A stretch of DNA of 64,000 bases from the NCBI GenBank assembly GCA_003208875.1, contig QCUR01000007.1, positions 1-64,000 of the forward strand, in the 5' to 3' direction. The translations under genes were made by a program, and so were the position numbers. This document shows positions 8,251 through 17,717 of the stretch, in pieces. The number at the start of each line of letters is the position of its first letter. The stretch's first letter is position 1. The stretch comes from Prochlorococcus sp. AG-679-M23. GTDB taxonomy: Bacteria > Cyanobacteriota > Cyanobacteriia > PCC-6307 > Cyanobiaceae. The notes under the pieces were generated by a model that was not told the DNA's origin, did not search any database, and saw only the letters and a program-made list of their open reading frames with translations.

Positions 8251-9306
8251 ATGAAACTTAGATTATTTGAGTTCTATTTTATTAAAGACTACTTAAGGCC
8301 TTGGTTTGGTCTTATTTATTCTTTATTCTTTCTGTTTTTTTTAGGTGCTATTGGGTATCGAATTACAGAGGGATGGGATTGGGGTGATTGCTTATGGATG
8401 GTTCTGATCACAATAACCACAATTGGTTTTGGAGAAGTTCAAACTTTAAGTCCCGAAGGAAGAATTATCACTGTTCTAATAATCGTTGGTGGATTAATTT
8501 TTATTCAATTTACCTTTCAAAAAGCTGTTAGATTATTTGAATCCGGCTATTTTCAAAGAGTAAATGAATTACGCTTTAAAAGACTTCTAAGAAAAATGGA
8601 AAATCATGTAATTTTGTGCGGATATGGGAGGGTAGGTCAGGAAATATCTAATCAAATAAAAACACAAAATATTCCAATTATTGTTGTAGAAAGCGATGAA
8701 GATAGAAAAAAGATTGCTGAAGAAAATGGTTTAGAAGTACTTTGTGCCGATGCAACACTTGATGAAACTTTAAAGTTAGCTGGATTAGATAAGTGTAAAA
8801 GTTTAGTTGTTACCTTACCTAATGATGCTGCTAATTTATATGTCGTTTTAAGTGCTAAAGGGATAAGAAGTTCAATTAGAGTTATTGCTAGAGCTGGAAC
8901 GGAAGAAGCAGCTAGTAAATTGAGATTAGCTGGTGCAAGTATTGTTGTAAGTCCTTACATAGCAGCGGGAAGAGCTATGGCCTCAATGGCTTTAAGACCA
9001 ATAGCGATTGACTTTTTAGATTTATTGGCGGGAAGTGAATGTGAAATTGAAGAATTTGAATTAAGTAATGATATTAGCCTTTTTGAAACTGCAGAAAAGA
9101 TAACTCTTTTAGAGCTTGGAATAGGTAAAAAGAGTGGAGCAAAAATATTGGCAATAAAAGAAGATGAAAAGTTAATAACTAATCCTGGAGGAGATTTTTT
9201 ACTTCAGCCAGGTCAGGTATTAATTGCTTTTGGAAGTAAGGAACAACTAACTACCCTTAATAGGCTTTTAGGAAATCTTGTAGTTTCAGTTGAGCTTCTG
9301 AAATAG
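8251..9306 (+). CDS. potassium channel protein with RCK (TrkA-N/TrkA-C) domains
   Basis: TITTIGFGE selectivity filter, CGYGRVG NAD-binding RCK motif. Confidence 0.93.
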   Translation: MKLRLFEFYFIKDYLRPWFGLIYSLFFLFFLGAIGYRITEGWDWGDCLWMVLITITTIGFGEVQTLSPEGRIITVLIIVGGLIFIQFTFQKAVRLFESGYFQRVNELRFKRLLRKMENHVILCGYGRVGQEISNQIKTQNIPIIVVESDEDRKKIAEENGLEVLCADATLDETLKLAGLDKCKSLVVTLPNDAANLYVVLSAKGIRSSIRVIARAGTEEAASKLRLAGASIVVSPYIAAGRAMASMALRPIAIDFLDLLAGSECEIEEFELSNDISLFETAEKITLLELGIGKKSGAKILAIKEDEKLITNPGGDFLLQPGQVLIAFGSKEQLTTLNRLLGNLVVSVELLK

Positions 9307-9310
9307 ACAT

Positions 9311-9345
9311 ATCAAGAAATCTTGATTATATCAAAATATTTTGAT
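9311..9345. promoter_or_regulatory. tandem ArsR-type operator upstream of pstS
   Basis: ATCAA-gaaatc-TTGAT (9311-9326) and ATCAA-aatatt-TTGAT (9330-9345), 3 nt apart. Confidence 0.75.
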
Positions 9346-9417
9346 GCATTTCTTAATCTTTATTTTTCTTCCTTTGTTAGATGCTATAAATAAATTGTCT
9401 TTAATCTTAGGGTTGTC

Positions 9418-10389
9418 ATGAGCATTTTTAAAAAAGCTCTCATTTTCTCTTCTGCAATTTCATTAATACTTTCTCCATCTGCGATGGCATCAAAAAGATT
9501 GAGTGGGGCAGGTGCATCATTTCCCTCGAAAATTTATACAAGATGGTTTTTTGATCTTGCTAAAGCTGGAGGTCCTAGGGTGAATTATCAGGCTGTGGGA
9601 TCAGGTTCTGGAAGAAAGGCTTTTATTGATGAAACCGTGAATTTTGGAGCTTCAGATGATCCGATGAAAGATTCTGATATACAAAAAGTTACTAGAGGAC
9701 TTGTACAAATACCGATGATAGGTGGAACAATCGCGTTTGGATATAACTATGATTGCGATTTGAAATTAACTCAAGAGCAGGCTGTTCAAGTAGCAATGGG
9801 AATGATAAAAAATTGGAAGGAATTAGGATGTAAGTCAGGTAAATTAACTTGGTCACATCGTTCCGATGGTTCAGGCACGACTAAAGCTTTTACAAATTCT
9901 ATGGAGGCTTTTTCTAAAACTTGGAATTTAGGTACTGGTAAATCGGTTAAGTGGCCTGCGGGAGTGGGAGCTAAAGGTAATTCTGGTGTCGCGGGTGTTA
10001 TACAAAATACTCCCGGAGCAATTGGTTATGTTAATCAATCATATATAAAAGGAAATGTAAGGGCTGCAGCTTTACAAAATCTTTCTGGTGAATTTGTTAC
10101 TCCGAATACTAAGTCAGGCGCAATAGCTTTAAATGGAATAAATCTTGATAAGAACCTAGCTGGTAAAAATCCCAACCCTACAGCTAAAGGAGCTTATCCA
10201 ATAGCGACCTTAACTTGGATACTTGCTTATGAAAAGGGTAATGGCAGAAATACTAAGGCAATTCAAGATACGTTCTACAAATTGCTCAGCGATGAATACC
10301 AATCAAAAGCACCTGCCTTAGGTTTCGTACCCTTGAAAGGAGAAATTCTAAAAAAATCAATTGATGCTGTTGGAAGAATAGGAAGGTAA
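9418..10389 (+). CDS. pstS: phosphate ABC transporter substrate-binding protein PstS
   Basis: Signal peptide, GAGASFP, GSGSG, FGASD, RSDGSGTT motifs. Confidence 0.97.
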   Translation: MSIFKKALIFSSAISLILSPSAMASKRLSGAGASFPSKIYTRWFFDLAKAGGPRVNYQAVGSGSGRKAFIDETVNFGASDDPMKDSDIQKVTRGLVQIPMIGGTIAFGYNYDCDLKLTQEQAVQVAMGMIKNWKELGCKSGKLTWSHRSDGSGTTKAFTNSMEAFSKTWNLGTGKSVKWPAGVGAKGNSGVAGVIQNTPGAIGYVNQSYIKGNVRAAALQNLSGEFVTPNTKSGAIALNGINLDKNLAGKNPNPTAKGAYPIATLTWILAYEKGNGRNTKAIQDTFYKLLSDEYQSKAPALGFVPLKGEILKKSIDAVGRIGR

Positions 10390-11613
10390 TTTAGAACTAG
10401 TAAGCCAAGCAATAAAAATCAAAATAGATGAAGTATATAAACAATATTGCATACCTATAGTGGCATTTTTACCGAGCATAAATAATAAGCCAGATAGCAA
10501 TGTTCCTAATAATCTTCCCGCGGCATTAGCCATATAGTAATAACCAACATTTAAACTTACTTTCTCATTATCTGAATAAGCCAAAATCAAGTACGAATGA
10601 GTAGATGAATTCATTGCAAAAATAAATCCGAATATTATTAATCCAATAACAATTACAGGGCCTAATGATTTATCGCCGTTTAAAGCTCCAGCAATAAATA
10701 AAGGAATAACCGTCAAGATAAGTCCCCAAAATTGAACTGTAGTTTTTGATGGGCTGTTATTTTTTCCCCATACTTTTCTAAGTAATGGAGCTAATACTTG
10801 AAAGAAACCATAGATTATTATCCATCCACCCAAAAATAGTCCTATTTTTAAATAATCCCATCCAAAAGAAATGTCTAAAAAGACTGGAAGAGCTACTACA
10901 AACCAGACATCTCTTGCTCCAAATAAGAAAAACCTTGCACTTGAAAGAATATTTATACCTTGAGACTTTGAATAAAGGTCTTTAAAAATTGGCTTTCTTT
11001 TCATTTTCCCTGAATCTTTAGGAAGACATAAAGTTAAAAAGAATGCGAAGCATAGACCTAAACCCATTATTCCGACTGCACTATTAAAGCCCAATAGCTT
11101 ATATAAGAGACCCCCTAAGAAGAAGCCAACACCCTTAAGTGCATTTTTAGATCCTGTTAAAATTGAAACCCACTTAAATAATTGTTTTTGACTATTTTGA
11201 TTATTCTCTTCTGAATCTGGAACTATTGATTTAACTGCACTTTTTGCACTCATTTTATTTAAATCTTTTGCTACCCCACTAAGAGCTTGGGCTAACATAA
11301 CGTATGAGACGCTAAAGATTACTGACCAATTCTCTTTGACTGGAATCAGCATGAAAAGAGCAAGAATTTGCAAAATTGTTCCTATCCATAAAGTAAGTCT
11401 TAAACCATATCTTGCTCCTATCCAGCCTCCAAAAAGATTTGTAATTATTCCAAAAAACTCATAGAAAAGAAAAAGTAAAGCAATTTGCAGAGTTGAATAA
11501 CCAAGTTCATGAAAATGACCAACAACTAGTATTCTCAATGCACCGTCAGTAAGAGTAAATGCCCAATAGTTTGCGGTAACGACACTATATTGTTGAAGAC
11601 TAGATAACTTCAT
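10357..11613 (-). CDS. arsJ: organoarsenical efflux MFS transporter ArsJ
   Basis: NYWAFTLTDGALR, KDLNKMSAKS, LTGSKNALKG, FLFGARDVWFVVALPVFL; adjacent to GAPDH. Confidence 0.92.
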   Translation of the reverse strand: MKLSSLQQYSVVTANYWAFTLTDGALRILVVGHFHELGYSTLQIALLFLFYEFFGIITNLFGGWIGARYGLRLTLWIGTILQILALFMLIPVKENWSVIFSVSYVMLAQALSGVAKDLNKMSAKSAVKSIVPDSEENNQNSQKQLFKWVSILTGSKNALKGVGFFLGGLLYKLLGFNSAVGIMGLGLCFAFFLTLCLPKDSGKMKRKPIFKDLYSKSQGINILSSARFFLFGARDVWFVVALPVFLDISFGWDYLKIGLFLGGWIIIYGFFQVLAPLLRKVWGKNNSPSKTTVQFWGLILTVIPLFIAGALNGDKSLGPVIVIGLIIFGFIFAMNSSTHSYLILAYSDNEKVSLNVGYYYMANAAGRLLGTLLSGLLFMLGKNATIGMQYCLYTSSILIFIAWLTSSKLPSYSSNSIN

Positions 11614-11618
11614 AAAAA

Positions 11619-12647
11619 CTAAAATTTATTTTCTTTCTCAATTACATAAGAAGTAAGATCTGCAAGCCTGCAACTATAACCCCACTCATTGTCATACCAA
11701 GCATAAACCTTTAATAAATTTGAATTTACAACCATCGTTGAAAGTCCATCAATTATTGAACTTCTACAGTCATTTAAGTAATCAGCTGATACTAAGGGTC
11801 TCTCTTCGTATCCAAGAATACCTTTTAAGTATGTTTCAGATGCTTTTTTAAGTTCATTATTTACTTGCTCTTCAGTTACTTCCTTATTTAATTCAAAAAC
11901 CACATCGGTTAATGAGGCGTTTAGAAGTGGAACCCTTACTGCATGACCATTTAGTTTTCCTTCCAATTCAGGGAAAATTTCAGCAATCGCTTTAGCTGAT
12001 CCAGTTGTAGTAGGTATTAAGCTTTGCATGCATCCTCTTGCTCTTCTCAAGTCACTTTTGTAAAAATCTACTGGTGCTTGTGTATTTGTAACGTTATGAA
12101 TAGTTGTTATGACCCCATGTTTAATTGAGAAATTTTCATTAACAACTTTTACGATGGGGGCCAAGCAATTTGTAGTACAGGACGCTGCAGTAATTAATTT
12201 ATGTTTATCAGCTTTATAAAGGGCTTGATTAATTCCATAAACAATATTAAGTGCTTGTTCCCCTCCCACAATTCCTTTTACAGGACAAGCAACTATTACT
12301 TTTTTTATTCCAAGATGATCAAAATATGGATTTAATTCTTCGGGAGATTTATTTTTCCCTGTACATTCCAAAACAAGATCAACCGAAGATTTATTCCATG
12401 GAACATCAAGATAGTTCTTTGTTGATGTAAAGGAAATTTTTTTACCTTCAATCATTATTTCGTTGTCATTCGAAGTTATATCTTTATTCCATCTACCATG
12501 AACAGAATCAAACTCTAGGAGATGAGATGCAATTAAAGAATTCCCACTTATTTCATTTATATGAGTTATTTCTATATCTTTTCTTTCCCATAAAATTCTT
12601 AAAACTAACCTCCCAATTCTTCCAAATCCGTTAATTCCAATTTTCAT
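11619..12647 (-). CDS. gap: ArsJ-associated glyceraldehyde-3-phosphate dehydrogenase
   Basis: [36 protein letters not shown]; co-oriented directly upstream of arsJ. Confidence 0.93.
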   Translation of the reverse strand: MKIGINGFGRIGRLVLRILWERKDIEITHINEISGNSLIASHLLEFDSVHGRWNKDITSNDNEIMIEGKKISFTSTKNYLDVPWNKSSVDLVLECTGKNKSPEELNPYFDHLGIKKVIVACPVKGIVGGEQALNIVYGINQALYKADKHKLITAASCTTNCLAPIVKVVNENFSIKHGVITTIHNVTNTQAPVDFYKSDLRRARGCMQSLIPTTTGSAKAIAEIFPELEGKLNGHAVRVPLLNASLTDVVFELNKEVTEEQVNNELKKASETYLKGILGYEERPLVSADYLNDCRSSIIDGLSTMVVNSNLLKVYAWYDNEWGYSCRLADLTSYVIEKENKF

Positions 12648-12676
12648 AACAAATATTGAAAACTGCTTTATTATAT

Positions 12677-12710
12677 ATCAAAAATAATTGATGTATCAAT
12701 AATTCTTGAT
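12677..12710. promoter_or_regulatory. tandem ArsR operator in gap/arsR divergent promoter
   Basis: ATCAA-aaataa-TTGAT (12677-12692) and ATCAA-taattc-TTGAT (12695-12710), matching the cyanobacterial ArsR ATCAA-N6-TTGAT site. Confidence 0.85.
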
Positions 12711-12758
12711 ATGTGTAATTAATTTTTTTAGGTTAATATTTAAGAAGTTAATTATCTT

Positions 12759-13082
12759 TTGATTTTGTTAGAACAACTTAAAAAGATTAATAGTGAGCAA
12801 TTTATTAAGATAATGGAGTCCCTCTCAGATCCGATCAGAATAAATATTCTTGAATTAATGATGGGTGGAGAGATATGCGTTTGCGACATAGTTAAAGTAA
12901 CTGGATTATCTCAATCTAGAATTTCTTATCACGTAAAGATCCTAAAAGATTCAGGTCTTATCTCTGATAGACAAGAGGGTAGATGGGTTTACTACAAATT
13001 AGATTTGGAAGTATTATCAGATATTAAAAATTGGATGGGTAATTTAATTCAATCATCATCGAACAAGAGAACTTGTAAATAA
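12759..13082 (+). CDS. arsR: ArsR/SmtB family As(III)-responsive repressor
   Basis: LSDPIR...EICVCDI...SQSRISYHVKILKDSGLI...GRWVYY. Confidence 0.92.
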   Translation: MILLEQLKKINSEQFIKIMESLSDPIRINILELMMGGEICVCDIVKVTGLSQSRISYHVKILKDSGLISDRQEGRWVYYKLDLEVLSDIKNWMGNLIQSSSNKRTCK

Positions 13083-13160
13083 TCAAATATCCAAATTTTG
13101 ACTTTTCTGGAAGTCTTTTTGCTCATTTAGTAGTAGATTTATAAAGATATTCTTTTTTTA

Positions 13161-14108
13161 ATGGAAGAGAAATTAGCTCTTTTCAAGAATCGAAAAAGAT
13201 TCGGAATTGAAAAAAATATAGATATTATTTTTAAGAATACTGCTCTAGTCTTGTCTAGTTTTGTAGCGATCATACTTTTAGGAATTGTTTTAGTAGTCTT
13301 TTTTCAGTCATTTGAATCATTCTCAAGGTATGGTCTAAAGTTTCTTGTGACCTCTGAATGGAATCCAGTAAAAGATGAATATGGTGCATTTACCGCAATA
13401 TATGGAACATTAATAACCTCTTTTCTTTCATTATTGATAACTATTCCATTGGGGGTAGGAACCGCAATATTTATAACAGAGGATTTTGTTCCTAAAGTCT
13501 TTAGAGAAATAATAGGATCTTTTGTTGAACTTTTAGCTGCTATACCTTCAGTCGTATTGGGATTATGGGCAATATTTGTGATGGAACCTTTTTTTAGGGC
13601 CTTTTTTGTCTTTTTACATAATTTCTTTGGCTGGGTTCCTTTATTTAGTACAGAACCTACTGGCAGGAATTCCTTGCTGGCGATATTGATTTTAGTTGTA
13701 ATGCTTTTACCAATCGTGACCTCTATTGCTAGAGATTCTCTTAATCAAGTACCTAAAAAACTTAGAAATGCTTCTTATGGAATTGGAGCTAGTAGGTGGA
13801 AAACAATTTTTTCAGTAATTTTGCCAGCTGCATTATCAGGAATTATGGCTGGAGTTTTATTAGCTTTAGGTAGGGCCATGGGAGAAACTATGGCTGTCAC
13901 AATGATTATCGGAAACTCTAATGCATTTAGTTGGTCTTTATTATCTCCTGGATATACTATTTCTTCCATGCTCGCAAATCAATTTGGAGAAGCTGATGGA
14001 AGTCAAGTTTCCTCATTGTTTTATGCAGCATTTGTTCTGATGATTTTATCTTTGGTGGTAAATATCTTTGCTCAATGGCTAGTTAAGAAATTTAGTCTCA
14101 AATATTAG
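13161..14108 (+). CDS. pstC: phosphate ABC transporter permease PstC
   Basis: ELLAAIPSVVLGLW, GRAMGETMAV. Confidence 0.97.
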   Translation: MEEKLALFKNRKRFGIEKNIDIIFKNTALVLSSFVAIILLGIVLVVFFQSFESFSRYGLKFLVTSEWNPVKDEYGAFTAIYGTLITSFLSLLITIPLGVGTAIFITEDFVPKVFREIIGSFVELLAAIPSVVLGLWAIFVMEPFFRAFFVFLHNFFGWVPLFSTEPTGRNSLLAILILVVMLLPIVTSIARDSLNQVPKKLRNASYGIGASRWKTIFSVILPAALSGIMAGVLLALGRAMGETMAVTMIIGNSNAFSWSLLSPGYTISSMLANQFGEADGSQVSSLFYAAFVLMILSLVVNIFAQWLVKKFSLKY

Positions 14109-14113
14109 ATATT

Positions 14114-15007
14114 ATGAATTCACTTTTTTACCAGAAAAATTCATCTCGAAATATAGGAGATAAAGTTTTTACCTCTTTGTCTTTAATCTGTGTAGTTATA
14201 GCAATACTTCCTTTGATTTTTTTGGTAACTTATATTCTTATTAAAGGTGGGGCACAGATTACTCCTGATTTGTTTACTTTAGAACCAAATCCTCCTGGAG
14301 ATGATTTAGATGCTGGTGGAATTAACCCTGCATTAATCGGGACATTAATAATCACAACCATTGCTTCAATTATTGCGATACCAGTAGGTGTCGGGGGTGG
14401 TATTTATCTAGCTGAATATTCAAAAGGAGGACCTTTTTCAAGGTTTATTAGATTTGGAGTTAATGTTTTAGCTGGTGTTCCTTCAATAATTGCAGGTGTA
14501 TTTATTTATGCATTAATCGTTTCTACCAAAATTTTATTTGGAAGTATGTATAGTGGCTTAGCTGGAGGAATGGCGCTTTCAATATTGATGTTGCCTACTG
14601 TTATAAAAACAACTGATGAGGGTTTAAAGTTAGTACCAAATGAATTAAGGTACGCTTCTCTTGGAGTAGGCGCAAGTATGTATACAACAATATTAAAAAT
14701 AACCTTACCCTCAGCTTTTCGGTCTATTGCAACTGGTGTCGTACTTGGTATAGCTAGGGCTGCGGGAGAAACTGCTCCATTAATTTTTACTGCTTTATTT
14801 TCTTACTACTACATAACTGGATTTGGTGATTTGTTTTATGAAATGGGATCTCTTGCCGTTTTAATTTATAATTTTGCTTTAGAACCATATGATGCTCAAA
14901 ATAAACTTGCTTGGGCGGCATCATTCATCCTTGTTTTGTCTATTCTTTCTGTAAATATATTTTCAAGAATTTTAGCCGCATTTACAGAGCAGACTAAGAG
15001 GGTATGA
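14114..15007 (+). CDS. pstA: phosphate ABC transporter permease PstA
   Basis: [18 protein letters not shown]. Confidence 0.97.
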   Translation: MNSLFYQKNSSRNIGDKVFTSLSLICVVIAILPLIFLVTYILIKGGAQITPDLFTLEPNPPGDDLDAGGINPALIGTLIITTIASIIAIPVGVGGGIYLAEYSKGGPFSRFIRFGVNVLAGVPSIIAGVFIYALIVSTKILFGSMYSGLAGGMALSILMLPTVIKTTDEGLKLVPNELRYASLGVGASMYTTILKITLPSAFRSIATGVVLGIARAAGETAPLIFTALFSYYYITGFGDLFYEMGSLAVLIYNFALEPYDAQNKLAWAASFILVLSILSVNIFSRILAAFTEQTKRV

Positions 15008-15008
15008 A

Positions 15009-15818
15009 ATGATTAAAAATACTAAAAAAGCTCAAAAGAAAAATATTTTATCTCTTGAGGATGTTTCTATTAGTTATGGAAAAAATGAAGCAATTAAAAA
15101 TGTTTTTTGTGAGTTTAAGAAAGGAGATATAACTTCACTTATTGGACCTTCAGGTTGTGGTAAATCAACTGTCCTAAGATCCTTAAATCGAATGAATGAC
15201 CTAATTCCAAATTGCTCGTTAAAAGGTACAGTTCTTTTTGATGGAACGAATATTTATGATAAAAGAGTTGATCCAGTTGAAGTTAGAAGAAGGATTGGAA
15301 TGGTTTTTCAACAACCTAATCCTTTTCCAAAATCTATTTATGAAAATATTGCATTTGGAGCAAGAATTAATGGATTTGTAGGGGATATGGACGATTTGGT
15401 GGAACTATCGCTTAAAAAGGCTGCTTTATGGGATGAGTGCAAGGATAAATTAAATGAGAGTGGTTACTCCTTATCTGGAGGACAGCAACAAAGACTATGT
15501 ATAGCAAGAACAATAGCAATCGAACCTGAAATAATACTTATGGACGAGCCATGCTCAGCATTAGATCCTATTTCAACTTTAAAAATAGAAGAAACAATGC
15601 ACGAACTAAAGAAGAATTACACGATAATAATAGTTACTCATAATATGCAGCAGGCTTTAAGAGTAAGTGATATGACTGCATTTTTTAATGCAATTGCATT
15701 TGACGATGGTTTTGATGGTAAGGTTGGTTATCTAGCTGAATTCAATTCTACAAAGAAGATTTTTAGTTCTCCTAAGGAAAAAACAACTCAAGAATATATC
15801 TCAGGGAAATTCGGATAA
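15009..15818 (+). CDS. pstB: phosphate ABC transporter ATP-binding protein PstB
   Basis: [38 protein letters not shown]. Confidence 0.97.
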   Translation: MIKNTKKAQKKNILSLEDVSISYGKNEAIKNVFCEFKKGDITSLIGPSGCGKSTVLRSLNRMNDLIPNCSLKGTVLFDGTNIYDKRVDPVEVRRRIGMVFQQPNPFPKSIYENIAFGARINGFVGDMDDLVELSLKKAALWDECKDKLNESGYSLSGGQQQRLCIARTIAIEPEIILMDEPCSALDPISTLKIEETMHELKKNYTIIIVTHNMQQALRVSDMTAFFNAIAFDDGFDGKVGYLAEFNSTKKIFSSPKEKTTQEYISGKFG

Positions 15819-15924
15819 CTTTTATTTCTTACCCATAAAAGAAGAATTTAAACTATTTGAAAGAATTAGCACTAGACAAACAGTATAAATACCTATATAG
15901 TTGTTTCGAATTACCAAAGTAAAT

Positions 15925-16014
15925 TTGAAAAACTTTCCTTATCTTCCTTTTTTAATCTTTGCAGGCGCATTAATAACAACAGCTACTATAGGCTTACCAG
16001 TATTCACATCATAA
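15925..16014 (+). CDS. putative 29-aa hydrophobic small protein (TTG start)
   Basis: Manual ORF MKNFPYLPFLIFAGALITTATIGLPVFTS*. Confidence 0.45.
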   Translation: MKNFPYLPFLIFAGALITTATIGLPVFTS

Positions 16015-16053
16015 ATTTTGAACTCTTTTTTAATCTCTGATCTTATTGTGATT

Positions 16054-16170
16054 ATGAAAAAAGAAGTTTTAACTGCAAGTCCTCATATAACATCAATAGA
16101 TAGAGATTTATTTGACTTTATAAAAAACAGAGTGAAGATAGGTTTATGTGTGAGTGAAAATTTGTTTTAA
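16054..16170 (+). CDS. putative 38-aa small protein
   Basis: Manual ORF MKKEVLTASPHITSIDRDLFDFIKNRVKIGLCVSENLF*. Confidence 0.4.
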   Translation: MKKEVLTASPHITSIDRDLFDFIKNRVKIGLCVSENLF

Positions 16171-16209
16171 AACCATCATTTCAATTGGTGTATTTCTAAC
16201 TAATTAACT

Positions 16210-16359
16210 ATGAATAAAACTCAAGAACAATTGGAAAAATTAAGAGAAGTCGCTGAGGCTTCTCTAACAAAGACAGAAGAACTGCATAAAGTTTTAGCTC
16301 AAATAGAAGCTCTTATGTCTAGAGAAGAAATGCAAAAAGTATCTAAAAAAAATAAATAA
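16210..16359 (+). CDS. putative 49-aa coiled-coil small protein
   Basis: Manual ORF MNKTQEQLEKLREVAEASLTKTEELHKVLAQIEALMSREEMQKVSKKNK*. Confidence 0.6.
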   Translation: MNKTQEQLEKLREVAEASLTKTEELHKVLAQIEALMSREEMQKVSKKNK

Positions 16360-16422
16360 TAGATTAAGAATAAATATTTAAAATGTACTTTTTATTACAT
16401 CTGTACAATTTAAAATTAGTTA

Positions 16423-16505
16423 TCAATTAATTAACAGAACCCGTTCCAAAGTTTCTGTCAGGTCTCGAGGTCTTACCTTCTTTAAGTAAAAGACCTCTTT
16501 TATTT
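16423..16505 (+). ncRNA. candidate ~80-nt sRNA (hairpin plus terminator hairpin)
   Basis: TAAAAT -10 at 16411-16416; stem ACAGAA/TTCTGT around a CCCGTTCCAAAG loop; GAGGTCTT/AAGACCTC stem followed by T-rich tail. Confidence 0.45.
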
Positions 16506-16546
16506 GAAATTACTTAAGAATAAACTTCTACTAAATATTTAAGGAA

Positions 16547-16855
16547 TTAATTTATAACCTTACTTACTTCTTTCTTGCAAACATTTACATCGAAAGATTC
16601 AGTCCCAACAATTTCTAAGCCTGTTTTCTCAGTGACTTTTACAGTAGCATTGCATTCATCTTGTTTAAGAGACATATAGCTAGGCTTTTTATTATTTAGT
16701 TCTAGTTCAGTTTTAGGTTCAACATCAAAATCTTTTTCATATTGCTCCATTACTAATGTAAGGGCTTCAATCTCTACAGAAAAGTTTTCATTAGCATTCA
16801 CACCAAATGGCACCAACAGAACCTGAAATATAAGAATAGTTATTAATTTTTTCAT
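16547..16855 (-). CDS. secreted hypothetical protein
   Basis: Signal peptide ending VNA, two Cys. Confidence 0.7.
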   Translation of the reverse strand: MKKLITILIFQVLLVPFGVNANENFSVEIEALTLVMEQYEKDFDVEPKTELELNNKKPSYMSLKQDECNATVKVTEKTGLEIVGTESFDVNVCKKEVSKVIN

Positions 16856-17072
16856 TATTAAAAGTTAAGTTTATTTTTTTTATAACGTAATTATCAAGTT
16901 AATGAAAGGGTAAATAAATTTATATTCTTTTCTTGATAGCTTTTTTTTATCATTAACTATTTAAATTTCTGAATATAACCTACTAAATGAGAAATAATAA
17001 CGAGATTTATATGTATAAATTAGTACGCTCAAAGGATGAATTTGATTATTATTTTTAATAATTTTATAGATT

Positions 17073-17717
17073 CTATATTGCAATAATTTCTTTTTCAGAA
17101 ATAATTGCCCATTTTCTAAATGAATTCTTACAAGGATAACCTCCCGTGAGATCTCCAAATGCTGGGAGGTATAATGTATTATTTTTTTCATCCATGGCAA
17201 AACATTTAAAGGATAATTTATCTTTTGAATTTTTTAAAAATGTTTTCGGATGATAGTGTCCGCAAATATTTAAAATGTTATTTTCAAATTTTCCTATTGG
17301 CTCGTGACTAAATATAAAATTACTAGATCTTTTATATTCAAGAAAGCTTATATTTTTGACTTTGCAACCGATATCATGATTGCCAACTATTAGTTCAATT
17401 TTAATATTTAATGACTCTGAAAGATTTTCAACTTTACTTTTTAAAGATTCACTTATTGAATATTTACTATGAAATAAATCTCCTAAAATAATTAATTTAT
17501 AAGGTTTATAGTTTTCTACAATTTTTTTTATGCTTAATAAATTTTGTTCATCTGAATTATTTGTAAGAGGAATTCCATTCTGCTGAAAATATTCTGCTTT
17601 ACCGAGATGAACGTCACAAATTAATAGTTCATTTGTTTGAGGCAAAAGTAATGCTTTTGAAGGAAGCATTTCTAATGACGAATCCCCCCAACTTATTGAA
17701 AAAGACTTTTTTTGCAT
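17073..17717 (-). CDS. pdeM: ligase-associated metallophosphoesterase/endonuclease (PdeM/MPE)
   Basis: DVHLGK, LGDLFH, GNHD, SHEP, GHYHP, LPAFG. Confidence 0.92.
   Translation of the reverse strand: MQKKSFSISWGDSSLEMLPSKALLLPQTNELLICDVHLGKAEYFQQNGIPLTNNSDEQNLLSIKKIVENYKPYKLIILGDLFHSKYSISESLKSKVENLSESLNIKIELIVGNHDIGCKVKNISFLEYKRSSNFIFSHEPIGKFENNILNICGHYHPKTFLKNSKDKLSFKCFAMDEKNNTLYLPAFGDLTGGYPCKNSFRKWAIISEKEIIAI

Noticed and set aside
9352..9408. Pho box upstream of pstS
   Set aside because: Only isolated (C/T)TTAATCT half-sites, without the 11-bp tandem periodicity of cyanobacterial Pho boxes
16961..17200. 79-aa minus-strand ORF
   Set aside because: Overlaps the pdeM 3' end out of frame and has no motif support
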